Source: an uncultured Nitrososphaeraceae archaeon (GTDB lineage: Archaea > Thermoproteota > Nitrososphaeria > Nitrososphaerales > Nitrososphaeraceae). From it: a DNA stretch of 64,000 nucleotides. The stretch spans positions 256,001 to 320,000 of the forward strand of contig CAVZZA010000003.1 in NCBI GenBank assembly GCA_963779615.1. Direction: 5' to 3'. Position numbers and translations under genes: made by a program. The notes beneath the pieces are model-generated. The model did no database searches, was not told the origin of the DNA, and saw nothing but the letters and a program-made list of their open reading frames with translations. Within the stretch, counting starts at the first letter, position 1; each line of letters begins with the position of its first letter. This document shows, one piece after another, positions 10,787 through 21,489 of this stretch.

Positions 10787-11791
10787 TGCTTTGTTGCATG
10801 ATTCTTAAAAATCTGCAATCATGTGGCACATTTTGTCTAAAAAGATATCATCTTATTATATAACGATGCTTTTAATATCATTTCTTTTATCATATTCTCA
10901 AACTTTACAGAATAAACGTACTCCCCAAACGTCCTCTTTATACACGAAAACACGGTTTCGGCCATCCATCTTTGTCCATAGCTTACGCTATCCTTCCATT
11001 TTTTAATATCATTTCTTTGGGCTAACACTGATAGGTTCCTAAGAAAATGTCCTGTTTTCAATCTGACTCTTGCATTCTTTCTTACTTTAATACAAGGCAG
11101 GATTCCATTGTCTGCCATGCATCTAAAAATATCATTATTATCATAGGCACCATCAGCAAATAGTTTGGATATTGTTATTTTTCCACTATCAGATTTTATG
11201 ACATTCTTAACCAATTCAGGTAACGCTTTGCTATCGTGAACATGCTCGTCAGTAACCTTCATCGAAAGGATTTTCTTGCTCTTCACGTTTACTGCTATGT
11301 GGATTTTCAAATATCTCTTTCTTATACTCCATTTGTCTCTTAACCACTGGCCTCTGTTCGTAACCTTGATGCCGGTACTGTCTATTGCAATGATAAGGTA
11401 GTCATCTTCAGATTCCATGCTTTTGTTATTGTCTTCTGTTTTCATATCCAGCCTGTTTATTCTCCTGCTTATTGTGGTATAATCTGGAATGGAAGGTACT
11501 TTCCCTTTCGCATGTCCTTGTGCAATTCCCTCTGTCTGTCTGTATGGAAGATGAAAGTACACTTTGGCATAGCCAAGTAAAAGAAGAAATGTATTAGGAT
11601 AGTGAAATGGCTCACCGATTTTGTCTTTATTCATCTCTTTTAGCTCTGCATCCCAGTTGTCAATAACGTCAAAACCAATCAGTATTTCACCTCGTCTAAC
11701 TAGAAATTGGTTGTAGTATGGCCATTTCATATGGTTTACTAGTTGAGGCTAGTAAATGTATTTGGAAATAGGGGAATCATGCAACAAAGCA
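10787..11791 (-). mobile_element. IS5 family (IS903-group) insertion sequence, 1005 bp
   Basis: Perfect 18-bp TIR tgctttgttgcatgattc (10787-10804 / 11774-11791); 9-bp TSD tttgtgaac (10778-10786, 11792-11800). Confidence 0.95.
10837..11730 (-). CDS. IS5 family DDE transposase
   Basis: YNQFLVRRG, IAIDSTG, ADGAYD, YGQRWMAETVFS (YREK-like). Confidence 0.95.
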   Translation of the reverse strand: MKWPYYNQFLVRRGEILIGFDVIDNWDAELKEMNKDKIGEPFHYPNTFLLLLGYAKVYFHLPYRQTEGIAQGHAKGKVPSIPDYTTISRRINRLDMKTEDNNKSMESEDDYLIIAIDSTGIKVTNRGQWLRDKWSIRKRYLKIHIAVNVKSKKILSMKVTDEHVHDSKALPELVKNVIKSDSGKITISKLFADGAYDNNDIFRCMADNGILPCIKVRKNARVRLKTGHFLRNLSVLAQRNDIKKWKDSVSYGQRWMAETVFSCIKRTFGEYVYSVKFENMIKEMILKASLYNKMISF

Positions 11792-11966
11792 TTTGTGAAC
11801 CACTACTACAGACCGGACATCAATGAGATGATTGCGAGTAAAATAAGGCCTGCATTGCACTCTTTAAGCAAGGTTATAGAAACTGTTGGATGAATAGATA
11901 TAGCAGCTATAACAACATATGATTATCATTGTTTTTGATTTTTATTGGAATAAAAAAAGGGATAGA

Positions 11967-12626
11967 TCATGGGTTGTCGAAACATACCGCAATAGTAGTT
12001 ATATCAATGTTAGGGCCAGTTACCGTTGTTGTCCATCCTATTGAACTATCGGGTTGAAAATTAATGCCTCGAACTGTTCCTCCTCCATTATTTGCTAAAA
12101 GATTATAACCACCACTCAAAACAGTATCCCCAAAATTACATGTAACTGTGGAGGTAGCAGTCGATGGCGTATCTGGTCCTGATGTAACAAGAGGACCTAC
12201 CTTAATGTAAGTTTTTCCGAATAAACTAGATAGACCTGCCGATCCTGTCGCTCCGGTAGCCCCTGTTGCTCCTCGTTCACCGTTAGTTCCATTAAGTCCC
12301 TGTGGACCTTGAGTCCCTGGTGATGATGTTGCATTGGTAGCGGAAAGAGAGTTCGCAGTTGTGCTTTGATCATTAAAGCCGGATGCAGAATTATCATTAC
12401 CGGTTATCTGTTGTCCCTCATTGGCCTGTTTGCAACCGTCAGACCTGTGGCAGAGGTTGTCCTGGCCCACTTGTTGTTTGACGTCCTGCTTTAAATCCGA
12501 GGATTTAGGACTTGCGGCATATGCTGACTGTTGTAATGGATTGAGATTTGGCAACAAAGCAAACATGGATGATATTGATATCCCCATAATGACTACAATC
12601 GGTAAATAGTTAATTCTTTTATGCAT
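11967..12626 (-). CDS. Secreted protein: conserved QDNxCxRxxxC module, collagen-like Gly-X-Y tract, small C-terminal beta domain
   Basis: Signal peptide ending AYA; QDNLCHRSDGCKQANEGQQITGNDNSASGFNDQS; GTQGPQGLNGTNGERGATGATGATG. Confidence 0.85.
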   Translation of the reverse strand: MHKRINYLPIVVIMGISISSMFALLPNLNPLQQSAYAASPKSSDLKQDVKQQVGQDNLCHRSDGCKQANEGQQITGNDNSASGFNDQSTTANSLSATNATSSPGTQGPQGLNGTNGERGATGATGATGSAGLSSLFGKTYIKVGPLVTSGPDTPSTATSTVTCNFGDTVLSGGYNLLANNGGGTVRGINFQPDSSIGWTTTVTGPNIDITTIAVCFDNP

Positions 12627-12797
12627 TACTAAAAATTGTTTCTACCAATACATTTGAAATAGACAGTTGTCAATACTTTTTCAGTTCCTTGTGAATACGG
12701 GACACAAAACTAGGGGATTAAAAGACATTTTAACTTGATAAGAATACCACTCTCGATATATTAAGAATGACTAAAACTAAATCCGTTTAACTTTCAA

Positions 12798-12922
12798 ATG
12801 TATTACCGCAAGGTCTTTGCGACTATCTCAACCAGCGACATAGAACAGAATGAAATTTGCTGAAGGGCATGGATATGGAGCTCTGTTTTTGTAAACCTCT
12901 ATCAAGCCACAATATCAATGAA
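12798..12922 (+). pseudogene. Eroded second copy of integrase 3' end
   Basis: tattaccgcaaggtctttgc...gctctgtttttgtaaacc...atcaatga parallels 10686-10786 joined to 11801-11826. Confidence 0.7.
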
Positions 12923-13014
12923 CACAACTAGCAAGATGTTCAGTACTAGCCCGTTAAAAGAACTAGCCTAGCCATTGTCAATATATGAACTATTCTTATA
13001 TACTCATTCGTTGA

Positions 13015-13308
13015 TTGAGGCGCATGTATAGGCATTTGGATGACTCTGAAACACCAAAAGACAAAGCATACCATAACATAATGCAACGATTAAGCAGCTT
13101 TATGGAATGCCTGCCAACAGAATCAGACCAGCAACTTTTGTTAAACATGATTTCTGAGTGCTACTACAAAAATAATGAGGCGATAAAGGCAAAGGAAAAG
13201 GATGACCCAAGCCTGGTTATGCCTTTGGTTATGGCCTTGCTTGTGGATCAGCAAACAATGGTTGATAAGGTGAAAAACCACAGGAGAAACAATGAATCCC
13301 CACTCTGA
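13015..13308 (+). CDS. Hypothetical protein
   Basis: 97-aa ORF, AT-rich promoter-like upstream, overlaps the next start. Confidence 0.55.
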   Translation: MRRMYRHLDDSETPKDKAYHNIMQRLSSFMECLPTESDQQLLLNMISECYYKNNEAIKAKEKDDPSLVMPLVMALLVDQQTMVDKVKNHRRNNESPL

Positions 13309-14321
13309 TGGGAAAACGGACATATCCGGGGGTGAACATGTGGCAAGGGATTCAAACCTCCAAGTCAACCCAAGTATTCGGCCAAGACGGGAACGCATTG
13401 GACTTGTCGTGGATGGGTCCAACGCGGCGGCTGCGGTCAAAACCATTGTTTCAGCAGAGGCTGCAGGAGTGCGGCAGGTATGGATGACACAGCCACCATT
13501 TTGGCCAGACACATTGACTACATTTGCTGTAGCGGCGGCAAAAACATCCGCAATATGCCTGGGAACATCGATTGTGCCGACATATCCACGCCATCCCCTC
13601 GTCCTTGCTCAGCAGTCGCTATCCTTATACAATCTTGCGCCTGGCCGGTTGCGCCTTGGGATAGGCCCCAGTCACCGATTTATCATAGAGGGCACCTATG
13701 GCTTGCAACAGACGACACCCCTATCCCACCTGCGCGAATATGTGCAAGTGCTGCGTGCGGCGCTCTGGGAGGGGAAGGTCGATCATCACGGGCAATTCTA
13801 CAGTGTTGTTGCCACCCTCCCCCGCACATCGCAGGCTCCGGTGCTTGTTTCGGCACTGGGTGAGAAGGCATTTCAGTTGGCCGGGCAAGTAGCTGATGGG
13901 GCCCTTTCCTGGGTATGCCCTGTCCCGTATTTGCTTAGAACTGGAATTACGGCAATTGCGTGCATCGGCAGCTGCAGCAGGACGGGCATCTCCACCATTG
14001 GTTGCGCATGTACCGGTGGCACTCAGTGAGGACAGGGGCTCTGTCCTGTCTGCTGGACACCAAATGCTTGACTTCTATGCCACTATCCCCTTCTATGCCA
14101 GCATGTTCACCAATGCGGGTTTGCCCGCAACATCCGAACAGGCGATGTCCGATGACCTTGTGGAGAGTTTGGTCATCTCCGGAAATGAAGCAGCAGTGAC
14201 TGCGCGGTTCATAGAACTCCTGGAGGCAGGCTTGGATGAGATGATGGTGTCCCTGGTTCCCACTGCAGATGAGGGTAATGGTGAACAGGCACGACTCGCG
14301 CATTTAATCGGTCGGCTATAG
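13292..14321 (+). CDS. LLM-class (probably F420-dependent) oxidoreductase, one frameshift near 13955
   Basis: LGTSIVPTYPRHP, GRLRLGIGPSH, AGQVADG; continues in ORF 13896..14321. Confidence 0.85.
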
Positions 14322-14574
14322 AGTTGCGGGTTCTCATCACAGATCATAACCTTAACCGAAAGGCAAATCTAGCAGAAGGAAGGTGAAGCAACTCTCCTTT
14401 AGTTATGCCACGATGAGGCCAAGCAGAGTTTGAATGAAATGTTATGCAGTGTATAAATTTGCCTAAAAGGATATGACCTTATAAAAATAGGCTCTGTTCA
14501 TTTCTAGGGTGGTAATTTTGAGTATTTAAATCGTTGGTAACTAGAATATAAACTATATTGAATAATAAGTATCA

Positions 14575-14730
14575 ATGAGCGATTCACTAGATGATGCAGC
14601 AAAGAAAATGAAAAACACTCAGCAAGACTTTAACGCCAAAGCAGAGACTACTGAAGACCATGCAGAAGGCAAACCAAGTTCTGAAACCCTGAACAAGGCA
14701 AAAGAAAAGGTTAAAGACACCTTTTCCTAA
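14575..14730 (+). CDS. Small hydrophilic LEA/CsbD-like protein (51 aa, below the ORF-track cutoff)
   Basis: MSDSLDDAAKKMKNTQQDFNAKAETTEDHAEGKPSSETLNKAKEKVKDTFS*; TATA-like aatataaac about 25 nt upstream; T-run right after the stop. Confidence 0.65.
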   Translation: MSDSLDDAAKKMKNTQQDFNAKAETTEDHAEGKPSSETLNKAKEKVKDTFS

Positions 14731-14831
14731 ATTTTTTGTTTCTATTGATTCTTCCGTTGTTTAAAACCGTTGTTGGGATTCCGTTGGTAAGTTTGGATAG
14801 CAATATTAATTATTAGTTATCAAAATATTTG

Positions 14832-15150
14832 TCATATATTGTAACACCCTTTAATCCCCGCCTTTTCGGCGGGAGTCTTTCCTTCCAGCGCTTGATGCGG
14901 CTTCACAAAGTTATAGTATATCCTTTGACCTTCCGCTATTGCCGACTTGTCAGATTTCCATCCCCTCTGAACCTTGACCCTTTCCCTCAAAGTTCCGTTT
15001 AACCTTTCTACTCTGTTATTGTTAGCATGGGTTTTGTTAATCCCACACTTGGATAAATGTTCTACCTTGTCTCCCAACGTTTGCTTTACACCTTCCCTGT
15101 AAGTCCTTAAAGCGTCTGTGTAAACAACATCGTGCTTGTTGTTATGGCTG
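14832..15150 (-). pseudogene. C-terminal remnant of DDE (IS6/rve-like) transposase
   Basis: VVYTDALRTY...NNNRVERLNGTLRER...YYNFVKPHQALEGKTPAE. Confidence 0.75.
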
Positions 15151-15255
15151 TTTTTTTATTGGGTGATTTATATGGGCGGTTTGGTATATTTAGAGATGCA
15201 AAAACATCATGACGAATTACTGTAGGGTGGACAAGCACATGCCTGATGGCTCTAC

Positions 15256-15417
15256 CCCTGACAATTCTGTCAGGGATGTCAGGGATGTCAGGGTTTTTGG
15301 TACTGTTGTTTTTTTGCAACATACACTTATTGCATATGCTGTTGTGTACATACAGCAGCAGCAGAAACAACAGTACAGGAATCCCTGACATCTATGACAT
15401 CCCTGACATGTCTGATA
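15256..15417. repeat. Iteron-like 9-mers (tgtcaggga) in a 44-bp imperfect inverted repeat; putative replication origin
   Basis: Three tandem tgtcaggga-type units at 15268-15293, inverted units at 15382-15408, plus one at 15256; just downstream of the primase-helicase. Confidence 0.65.
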
Positions 15418-15543
15418 CACCCAAAAAACACATCTAAACAACAAACATAATAACATGCATCAGAGACCCAATATTTTTGCCCCCGCAACCCAAGTAGTCA
15501 CTCCTAAACCAAGCCCAAATAGCTATTGCAACTTAATAAAAGA

Positions 15544-17978
15544 CTAGTGGTAAGTTGATTCGGTCCACAGCGTAACCTGTTGCTGTTCATCAACGCAGAC
15601 GAACTCAGATTTTAGTTTCCTGCCAATCCAGCAGGTCCGCCTTTTTTCCCCATTGCTCTCTCGACCGTCAACCCAACCAAGTTTCTTTAAATCCCTGCCC
15701 AAGGCTACCTCGGACTTTGGGGGCAAGGAGTATTTTTGCAGTATTTTTTAAATGCGCCATACAGGTCGGCCTTTACAACATAATCACTTTCAGTAGAGTC
15801 ATCAAATATTGCCTCAGCAACAAAGGCCTGAACAGGGTTAACGGCCCTTTCATGTTTTGCGGTTCTGGCCTCGATGGTCTTCTCATTAAGGTGGATTCCA
15901 TTGTTTTTCAGGATGTTCCGCAATGCCCTCATCAAGACATTAAATATCCCGGATTTTTCCTCCTCGCTTGACAGTTCCTCAAGCAGATGTGGGTTGTCCT
16001 TTTTGTCCTCAAATGTGTTTGGGAAACTGATAATTATCTGTCTTCTGTAATAGGCGCCCGTTTGATCGGCTGTGTCTGCTATGGTGTTGGCGTTAAAGAA
16101 CAGCTTTGCATGAAGGTAGGCATCATGTGCGGGCTTGTATTTACGCTCTACCCTTATGGGTTGTTTCCTGCCGCCAGTTAGTTTTTTTAACAAAGACGTA
16201 TCCCTTATTGCAGTGCCTGAAAGCTCTGAGTTGATATTGACATCCTTGAACTCCAAATCCGAAAGGGCAAACCGATTATCGTTCAATGATGTCATTGAAA
16301 CATTGCTTACATTTTCTTCACCGTGTAACTTGGTGACCAGACCGGTAAATACGCTTTTTCCATTAGAGCCATATCCATGCAGCTTAAAGAAATGCTCAAA
16401 AGGACAATCCCGGTAAAAGGTGTAAGCCATCACCTCTACTGCAGTTCTAATTTCAGAAGGATACAAAACCTGACTTAAGAACTTCCCAAGCATCTTTGGT
16501 TTGGCTTTTGGGTCATATACAATAGGTTTCTGGTTGATTGAATAGTAATGCGGGGAATGAGGCATTAACTCATTTTTGTTAATGTCGTACAACCCGTTTC
16601 TAAGGTTTATGACATTAATGTTATTGTCTATTTCCTTCCTGGACCTGTAAGTTTGTCTTATGATGTGTCCTTTTATCTCTTCGAGATCCTTGACATTAAT
16701 GTTATTGTCTATTTCCTTCCTGGACCTGTACGTTTGTCTTATGATGTGTCCTTTTATCTCTTCGAGATCCTTGTTTTTAAGGGCATACTTTAACATCCCC
16801 TCTGCCTGTTTTTCAATTATGGTTTCACCACCGGGAACGTATACTCCATCCCTATAATGCAATATTTCCCTTCTCGACTCTTCAATAGTGAGGAAATGAT
16901 TGTCATTCATTATTTCCTCGGCAGCCTTTTCAACCAAGCCGATCTCTTCCTCCTTAGATGAGAACGTTTGTTGTTTGTGGGGGTTGTTAGTGGGGTCTAG
17001 ATATTTGGAGTTTTTTATTACAAACACTGTAGCACACTTCCACTGTTTTTCAACCTCCTTGTCTTCTAATGGTGGTTTGCAATGCTTTTTGTTCCACTCA
17101 TAAGACATCTTTTTTATCTGCTCTAAATCAAGTATTGACTTATTTCTTTGGATAAGTGAAGTCATAATTCTCAACAAAGCCTCATGTCTATTATGCCCCT
17201 CATGTATCACAAAATCTTCATCACATAACATCGCTATTGGAATTTTGTTTTCTTTGTCAATACCCAAATCATATTTCTTGTAAATTTTAAATAAAAGATC
17301 TTCAACGTTCTTCCCACATGTTTTGGGTTCAATAGTGCCTATGACTTCATATTTTTGTCCATTTTTATGCATTGAGGGACTGCAGTATGCAACCCCGTGT
17401 TCACCCAATCCTTTAACTTCGATTGCAGGAATCTTATTCTTGTCTATTAAATCTTTTAACTTGCTGACGTCACTGCTTTTCTTGTTAAAAGTGTGATTTG
17501 AATAAAAATAAAGGTGCGCTTTTGTTTTATTATCCTTATGTTGCTCCACTATAACATAATTAGACAATAATTCCAAATTCTCACAATTGAAAATGTTACA
17601 GACTTCATCTATAGCCTTTTGATTATCCAAGTCTATAAAAACAAGTAGTTTATCCTTATGTGGTCCCCTCCAAACCTTTCCTGGAATTAATGCTATGCCT
17701 TGGGAGTAATTATTGTATTTCTTGCGTAATTGATGCACCTCATCCAACACAGGCTTATTTTGATATTCTGACCATTTTACTTTTATTTCTCTTTTCTTTG
17801 TATCCGCAGGTATTATATTCACACCTATCACATAAAACCAAAAATCAGCCCATGTATTGATGTCAGTCTTTGAATCCTCTTGTCTAATTTTATTTAATAG
17901 GATATCTTTATCGATTGAGGATGCGTCATTTGCTTTTAAGTCATTAGTTGATATGATATCCGTAGAAAGAGAAGTCAT
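15544..17978 (-). CDS. Primase-polymerase / PriCT / D5-like SF3 helicase replication protein (C-terminal frameshift near 15735)
   Basis: FIDLD and HLYF AEP motifs; GHNRH...CKPPL PriCT; Walker A GYGSNGKS; FFNAN; adding one A gives CKKYSLPPKSEVALGRDLKKLG. Confidence 0.88.
16610..16771. repeat. 81-bp in-frame tandem duplication in the primase-helicase
   Basis: KDLEEIKGHIIRQTYRSRKEIDNNINV x2, one synonymous mismatch. Confidence 0.95.
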
Positions 17979-18045
17979 CCAAATTCACTCTAGTGTAGCG
18001 ATACTGTCAGATGTTTGAATGACCGCTTGACCGCCTTTTCTATCC

Positions 18046-18093
18046 TCATCCCTTGGAGCACTCCTCAGACACAAGGGATGACTTTTTTATAAA
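18046..18093. promoter_or_regulatory. 10-bp perfect inverted repeat next to the TATA box upstream of the rep gene
   Basis: tcatcccttg (18046-18055) / caagggatga (18072-18081), followed by ttttttataaa. Confidence 0.45.
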
Positions 18094-18714
18094 CACAGTG
18101 GATTTGCAGCGGCTGCAGTTTGCGCAGTATGGGTTTGAACCCTTATAGGTCCAGGTATTTTTGCAGCGTTTACAAGTTAAATTTTCCAATAGTATACATA
18201 CCCATATACACAGAATTTGCTTATAAGCATAACGTTGGTTTATACTTCAGCGTGGGATTACCGAAATATAGATTATACCGTAACTCTTCTATTCTTACAC
18301 TCTCATTTAAATCTTTCGACACTCATAGAAGATATAGTATACTTGTAATAGCGGATGATGGTGGCGAGTCACTATCTTGACTTTATCGCATGTTGCAGGA
18401 GTTGCCAAGTAGAAGGTTGACGACTTTGAAAAGGTGTTAAGTTGCCTGTCAATGGACCTAATCAAGGTTTGGAATGGTCTTGCTACTTGCTGTGTTTATT
18501 GTGGTTGCCCTGCTTCTAATGGTTGTGGCGGCGGCCATTTCAATGCACCCTACTGCAATTGTGGGCCAATGATGCCCGCCGTGGTGTATACATTGGTTCG
18601 AGGCAGGAGCACCACACAATCATCCCTCCTTGCACCTCTTATGAATATAACATGCAGCAACCAAAGAGGTGGCATTTCATCGTTGCCTTATAAGCATTTT
18701 ATTAATATGCTAAG

Positions 18715-19008
18715 GTGTCAATAATGACAAACTTAAGAAAATACTACATTTCTCCATATCAGGTTGGCAAGGACAAAAGGTCCCTAGCCATGGTTCTACC
18801 ATCTGAATTGGTCAAGTTGCTCAACATCGACCCCCTTACCATACTCTTTTTGCTAAAGGTTGAAGGGCACGATGAGTTGCAGTTAAGGATCATCAGACAG
18901 GAGCATCTGGAGAAAAAGGAAATGGAAAATGTGGCACCTGTTGATAATGTCCCTAACCCTACCTGTCAGATATCATCTGTCGTTGAACAGGAGGCCGTTC
19001 ACCATTGA
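18715..19008 (+). CDS. AbrB/MazE-like DNA-binding protein
   Basis: YQVGKDKRSLAMVLPSELVKLLNI resembles a looped-hinge-helix fold. Confidence 0.6.
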   Translation: MSIMTNLRKYYISPYQVGKDKRSLAMVLPSELVKLLNIDPLTILFLLKVEGHDELQLRIIRQEHLEKKEMENVAPVDNVPNPTCQISSVVEQEAVHH

Positions 19009-19931
19009 GAAACCTTGAGGATGCGTCTTGGGGAACCAACAACCCTCCTTCTACCGAAGAAGACGACTTTGTCAACCCAAACGAAACCGGGGAGGCTGTT
19101 GACAAGAAACTCGATGCAGAGGTGTCTGGGTTATTTGAGGATGCAAGGGACGAACTTGAAAAGATAGATGCAAATGCAGAACGCCAGAAAAAGGAAATCG
19201 TCATCGATTTGGCAAAAGACCTTGAGGGAAAGATCCCAACAGACACCATATGCATGGAGATCATAAATCAGTTACGGGGTCAAGTAAAAGAACGAACTGT
19301 ACGTGCATGCCTGGATGAAAAGTACAAGCAAAAATCCCAGTCTGAAAACGCCAAGAAGCAGAATAGACAACAGCAACAGGAAGTTGGCTCCAGTGACGGT
19401 TCGGCGGCATCGATGCCGCCGAACCAAGAGACTGAAAATAAAAAGGCCATCATACTTGGCGTTGATGGTCAGGCCATACTACAAGAGGAGGAAAGGGATG
19501 AGCAAGATGATGAAGGCGAGGACGAGGAACAATCCGCCGTAACCACTGAACCTTCAATCACAAAGGATGGAGTGCAAAAGAATCATCGACAAGAGCAGCA
19601 GGAAGAACCAGAGGATTTCAAATATTCTTATGACTACCTTAACATGAAGGGCCCTAGTTTGGAGGATTTAGAACCGGAGGGAAAGATTGAGAAACCAATT
19701 CAATCCACCGACCAAGACGAAACGGCTGGCGAATATATCCATAACAACAAACCACATGAGCCTGAAGGTGATATCCTGGAATTTGAGTTCTATATGTTGT
19801 ATGGCAACATACGCAAGTATATGGTTCCCCTATTTCAAAAGATAGGCGATAGTGGAAAAGTATGGATCAAAGGAAAAATTGACAGAAGGACAGGAAAGGT
19901 TGTAGATGTAGGTTTCGGAAAAATAAGTTAG
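19005..19931 (+). CDS. Hypothetical acidic protein of the element
   Basis: 308-aa ORF overlapping the upstream stop. Confidence 0.7.
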   Translation: MRNLEDASWGTNNPPSTEEDDFVNPNETGEAVDKKLDAEVSGLFEDARDELEKIDANAERQKKEIVIDLAKDLEGKIPTDTICMEIINQLRGQVKERTVRACLDEKYKQKSQSENAKKQNRQQQQEVGSSDGSAASMPPNQETENKKAIILGVDGQAILQEEERDEQDDEGEDEEQSAVTTEPSITKDGVQKNHRQEQQEEPEDFKYSYDYLNMKGPSLEDLEPEGKIEKPIQSTDQDETAGEYIHNNKPHEPEGDILEFEFYMLYGNIRKYMVPLFQKIGDSGKVWIKGKIDRRTGKVVDVGFGKIS

Positions 19932-20325
19932 TTGCAGCAATGCTATATTACCAGTCCTGCCCATGACCTTTAACAATATTTTTTACAAAAGCAATGACAG
20001 GAATGTACCATTACGTTCAGAAAAAAAAATGTACCAGATAAGGAATTAGTACATAGTGTAAGGCAGAGGAAATACGTAAAAAGGGATCAAGTAAGGGAAT
20101 TGGGTGAACTTAACTACAGCAAAAATGGCATGGGCCTAACCATATTCGATCCGCAGCTAGCCAAAGAGTAAGGTAGGTGTCTTTGTTACGTTTATGGGCG
20201 CATGGTCAAGCTGGCAATACAGACCGCCATAACTCCTGAGCATGTGGTCAGTCACTCTTCTGTAAATAATTGGTATTAAAAACCGTTGAATACCAGGCTT
20301 TATATAGCATGTTAACCTACAGATA

Positions 20326-20947
20326 GTGATGTCAAAGAAAATAGAAACACAAGAAAGTTACTCATATAACAATAATACCAATACCAATGATTTCAAAGAG
20401 TCAGTCAACAGGTCACTTGACGAGGCCAAAGACAACATCAAAAAATCAATAGACGAGTCAAAGAACCAGATTCCCCGAATCAACAACATCGTGAACAGCT
20501 ACCAGGAACAATCACTCCAAACCGCAAAAGAGGTTTCAGAGGAGGACATCGACTCACAAAAGGAAATCATCAGCTCACTCCAATCAGCATGGAAGCCATA
20601 CAACGAAAGCTTTAACGGGTTAGTCACAAGGTTCTCATCACCTGACGCAGCAACCAAGGCATACGCAAGGTTTGTCAGCAATGTCGCAGACAACACAGTG
20701 TTAGCCATAAGACTCACAAACAACATCATATTCTCAAACTTGGACTCATGGAAATCAGTGATGCAACAGGCAAAAGACAACTCAAAACACCTGTCAAACA
20801 TGGGCGTAAACACAGCAAAAACATTTGAACAAAATACAAGACAATTAGCATCAGCAGTTAGATGCAAATAATTCAAACGTTAACGCATCTACCTCTACCA
20901 ACAACACCACTACAGTTTACAGTACAACAACAACAAAAAAGCAATAA
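20326..20947 (+). CDS. Phasin-like helical protein (probable frameshift near 20860)
   Basis: Amphipathic helical pattern SVNRSLDEAKDNIKKSIDE...; alternative tail DANNSNV...KKQ* ends at 20947. Confidence 0.55.
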
Positions 20948-21039
20948 AAGTAATTAGAATCTACTAAAAGATTCGGCAATTGCCAATTCCTTTTATAGTA
21001 GTTTATTAAAGTAGTGTAAAAGGTGGCGAATATTTTTTA

Positions 21040-21489
21040 ATGATTAGTCTAAACAAGTATACAATACCAGTGCCAAAAGACCTTCTGCAAAGAATAGACA
21101 GAACCTCCTCCCCGGTGCATTTTGGCATCCTCAGAAATGCGGTTGACCTGGTTGCTCCACAAAGTACTCCTGTCCTTGCCGCGGCAAACGGAACAGTGAT
21201 TTATGTCCATGATGACTCCAATGTTGGAGGCCCTGATCCATCATACTGGAATTACACCAACTTTATCACAATTATGCACCCAAACGGGGAATACTCGCGA
21301 TACGACCACCTCGAATATGGCAGCGCAAAGGTAATGGTGGGCCAACAAGTGCGCGCAGGCCAGGAGATAGCCAGGGTTGGCATGACAGGCTACACATATG
21401 TCCCACACCGGCATTTTCACGTTATGGTGTTCACAGGGTACAACATTTGGACAGACTTTGACACCCTGGAGGTCAAATTTTTTATTTGA
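21040..21489 (+). CDS. M23 family metallopeptidase
   Basis: NAVD, TPVLAAANGTV, YDHL, VGMTG, PHRHFHV. Confidence 0.85.
   Translation: MISLNKYTIPVPKDLLQRIDRTSSPVHFGILRNAVDLVAPQSTPVLAAANGTVIYVHDDSNVGGPDPSYWNYTNFITIMHPNGEYSRYDHLEYGSAKVMVGQQVRAGQEIARVGMTGYTYVPHRHFHVMVFTGYNIWTDFDTLEVKFFI

Larger units (their letters stand above)
9782..11893 (+). pseudogene. int: Tyrosine integrase, C-terminal part (SSV-type split int), interrupted by an IS
   Basis: TGLRPDEA, YCRKVFATFL, LLQGR; after the IS the frame resumes at 11801 with HYYRPD...ETVG* (likely catalytic Tyr). Confidence 0.9.
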
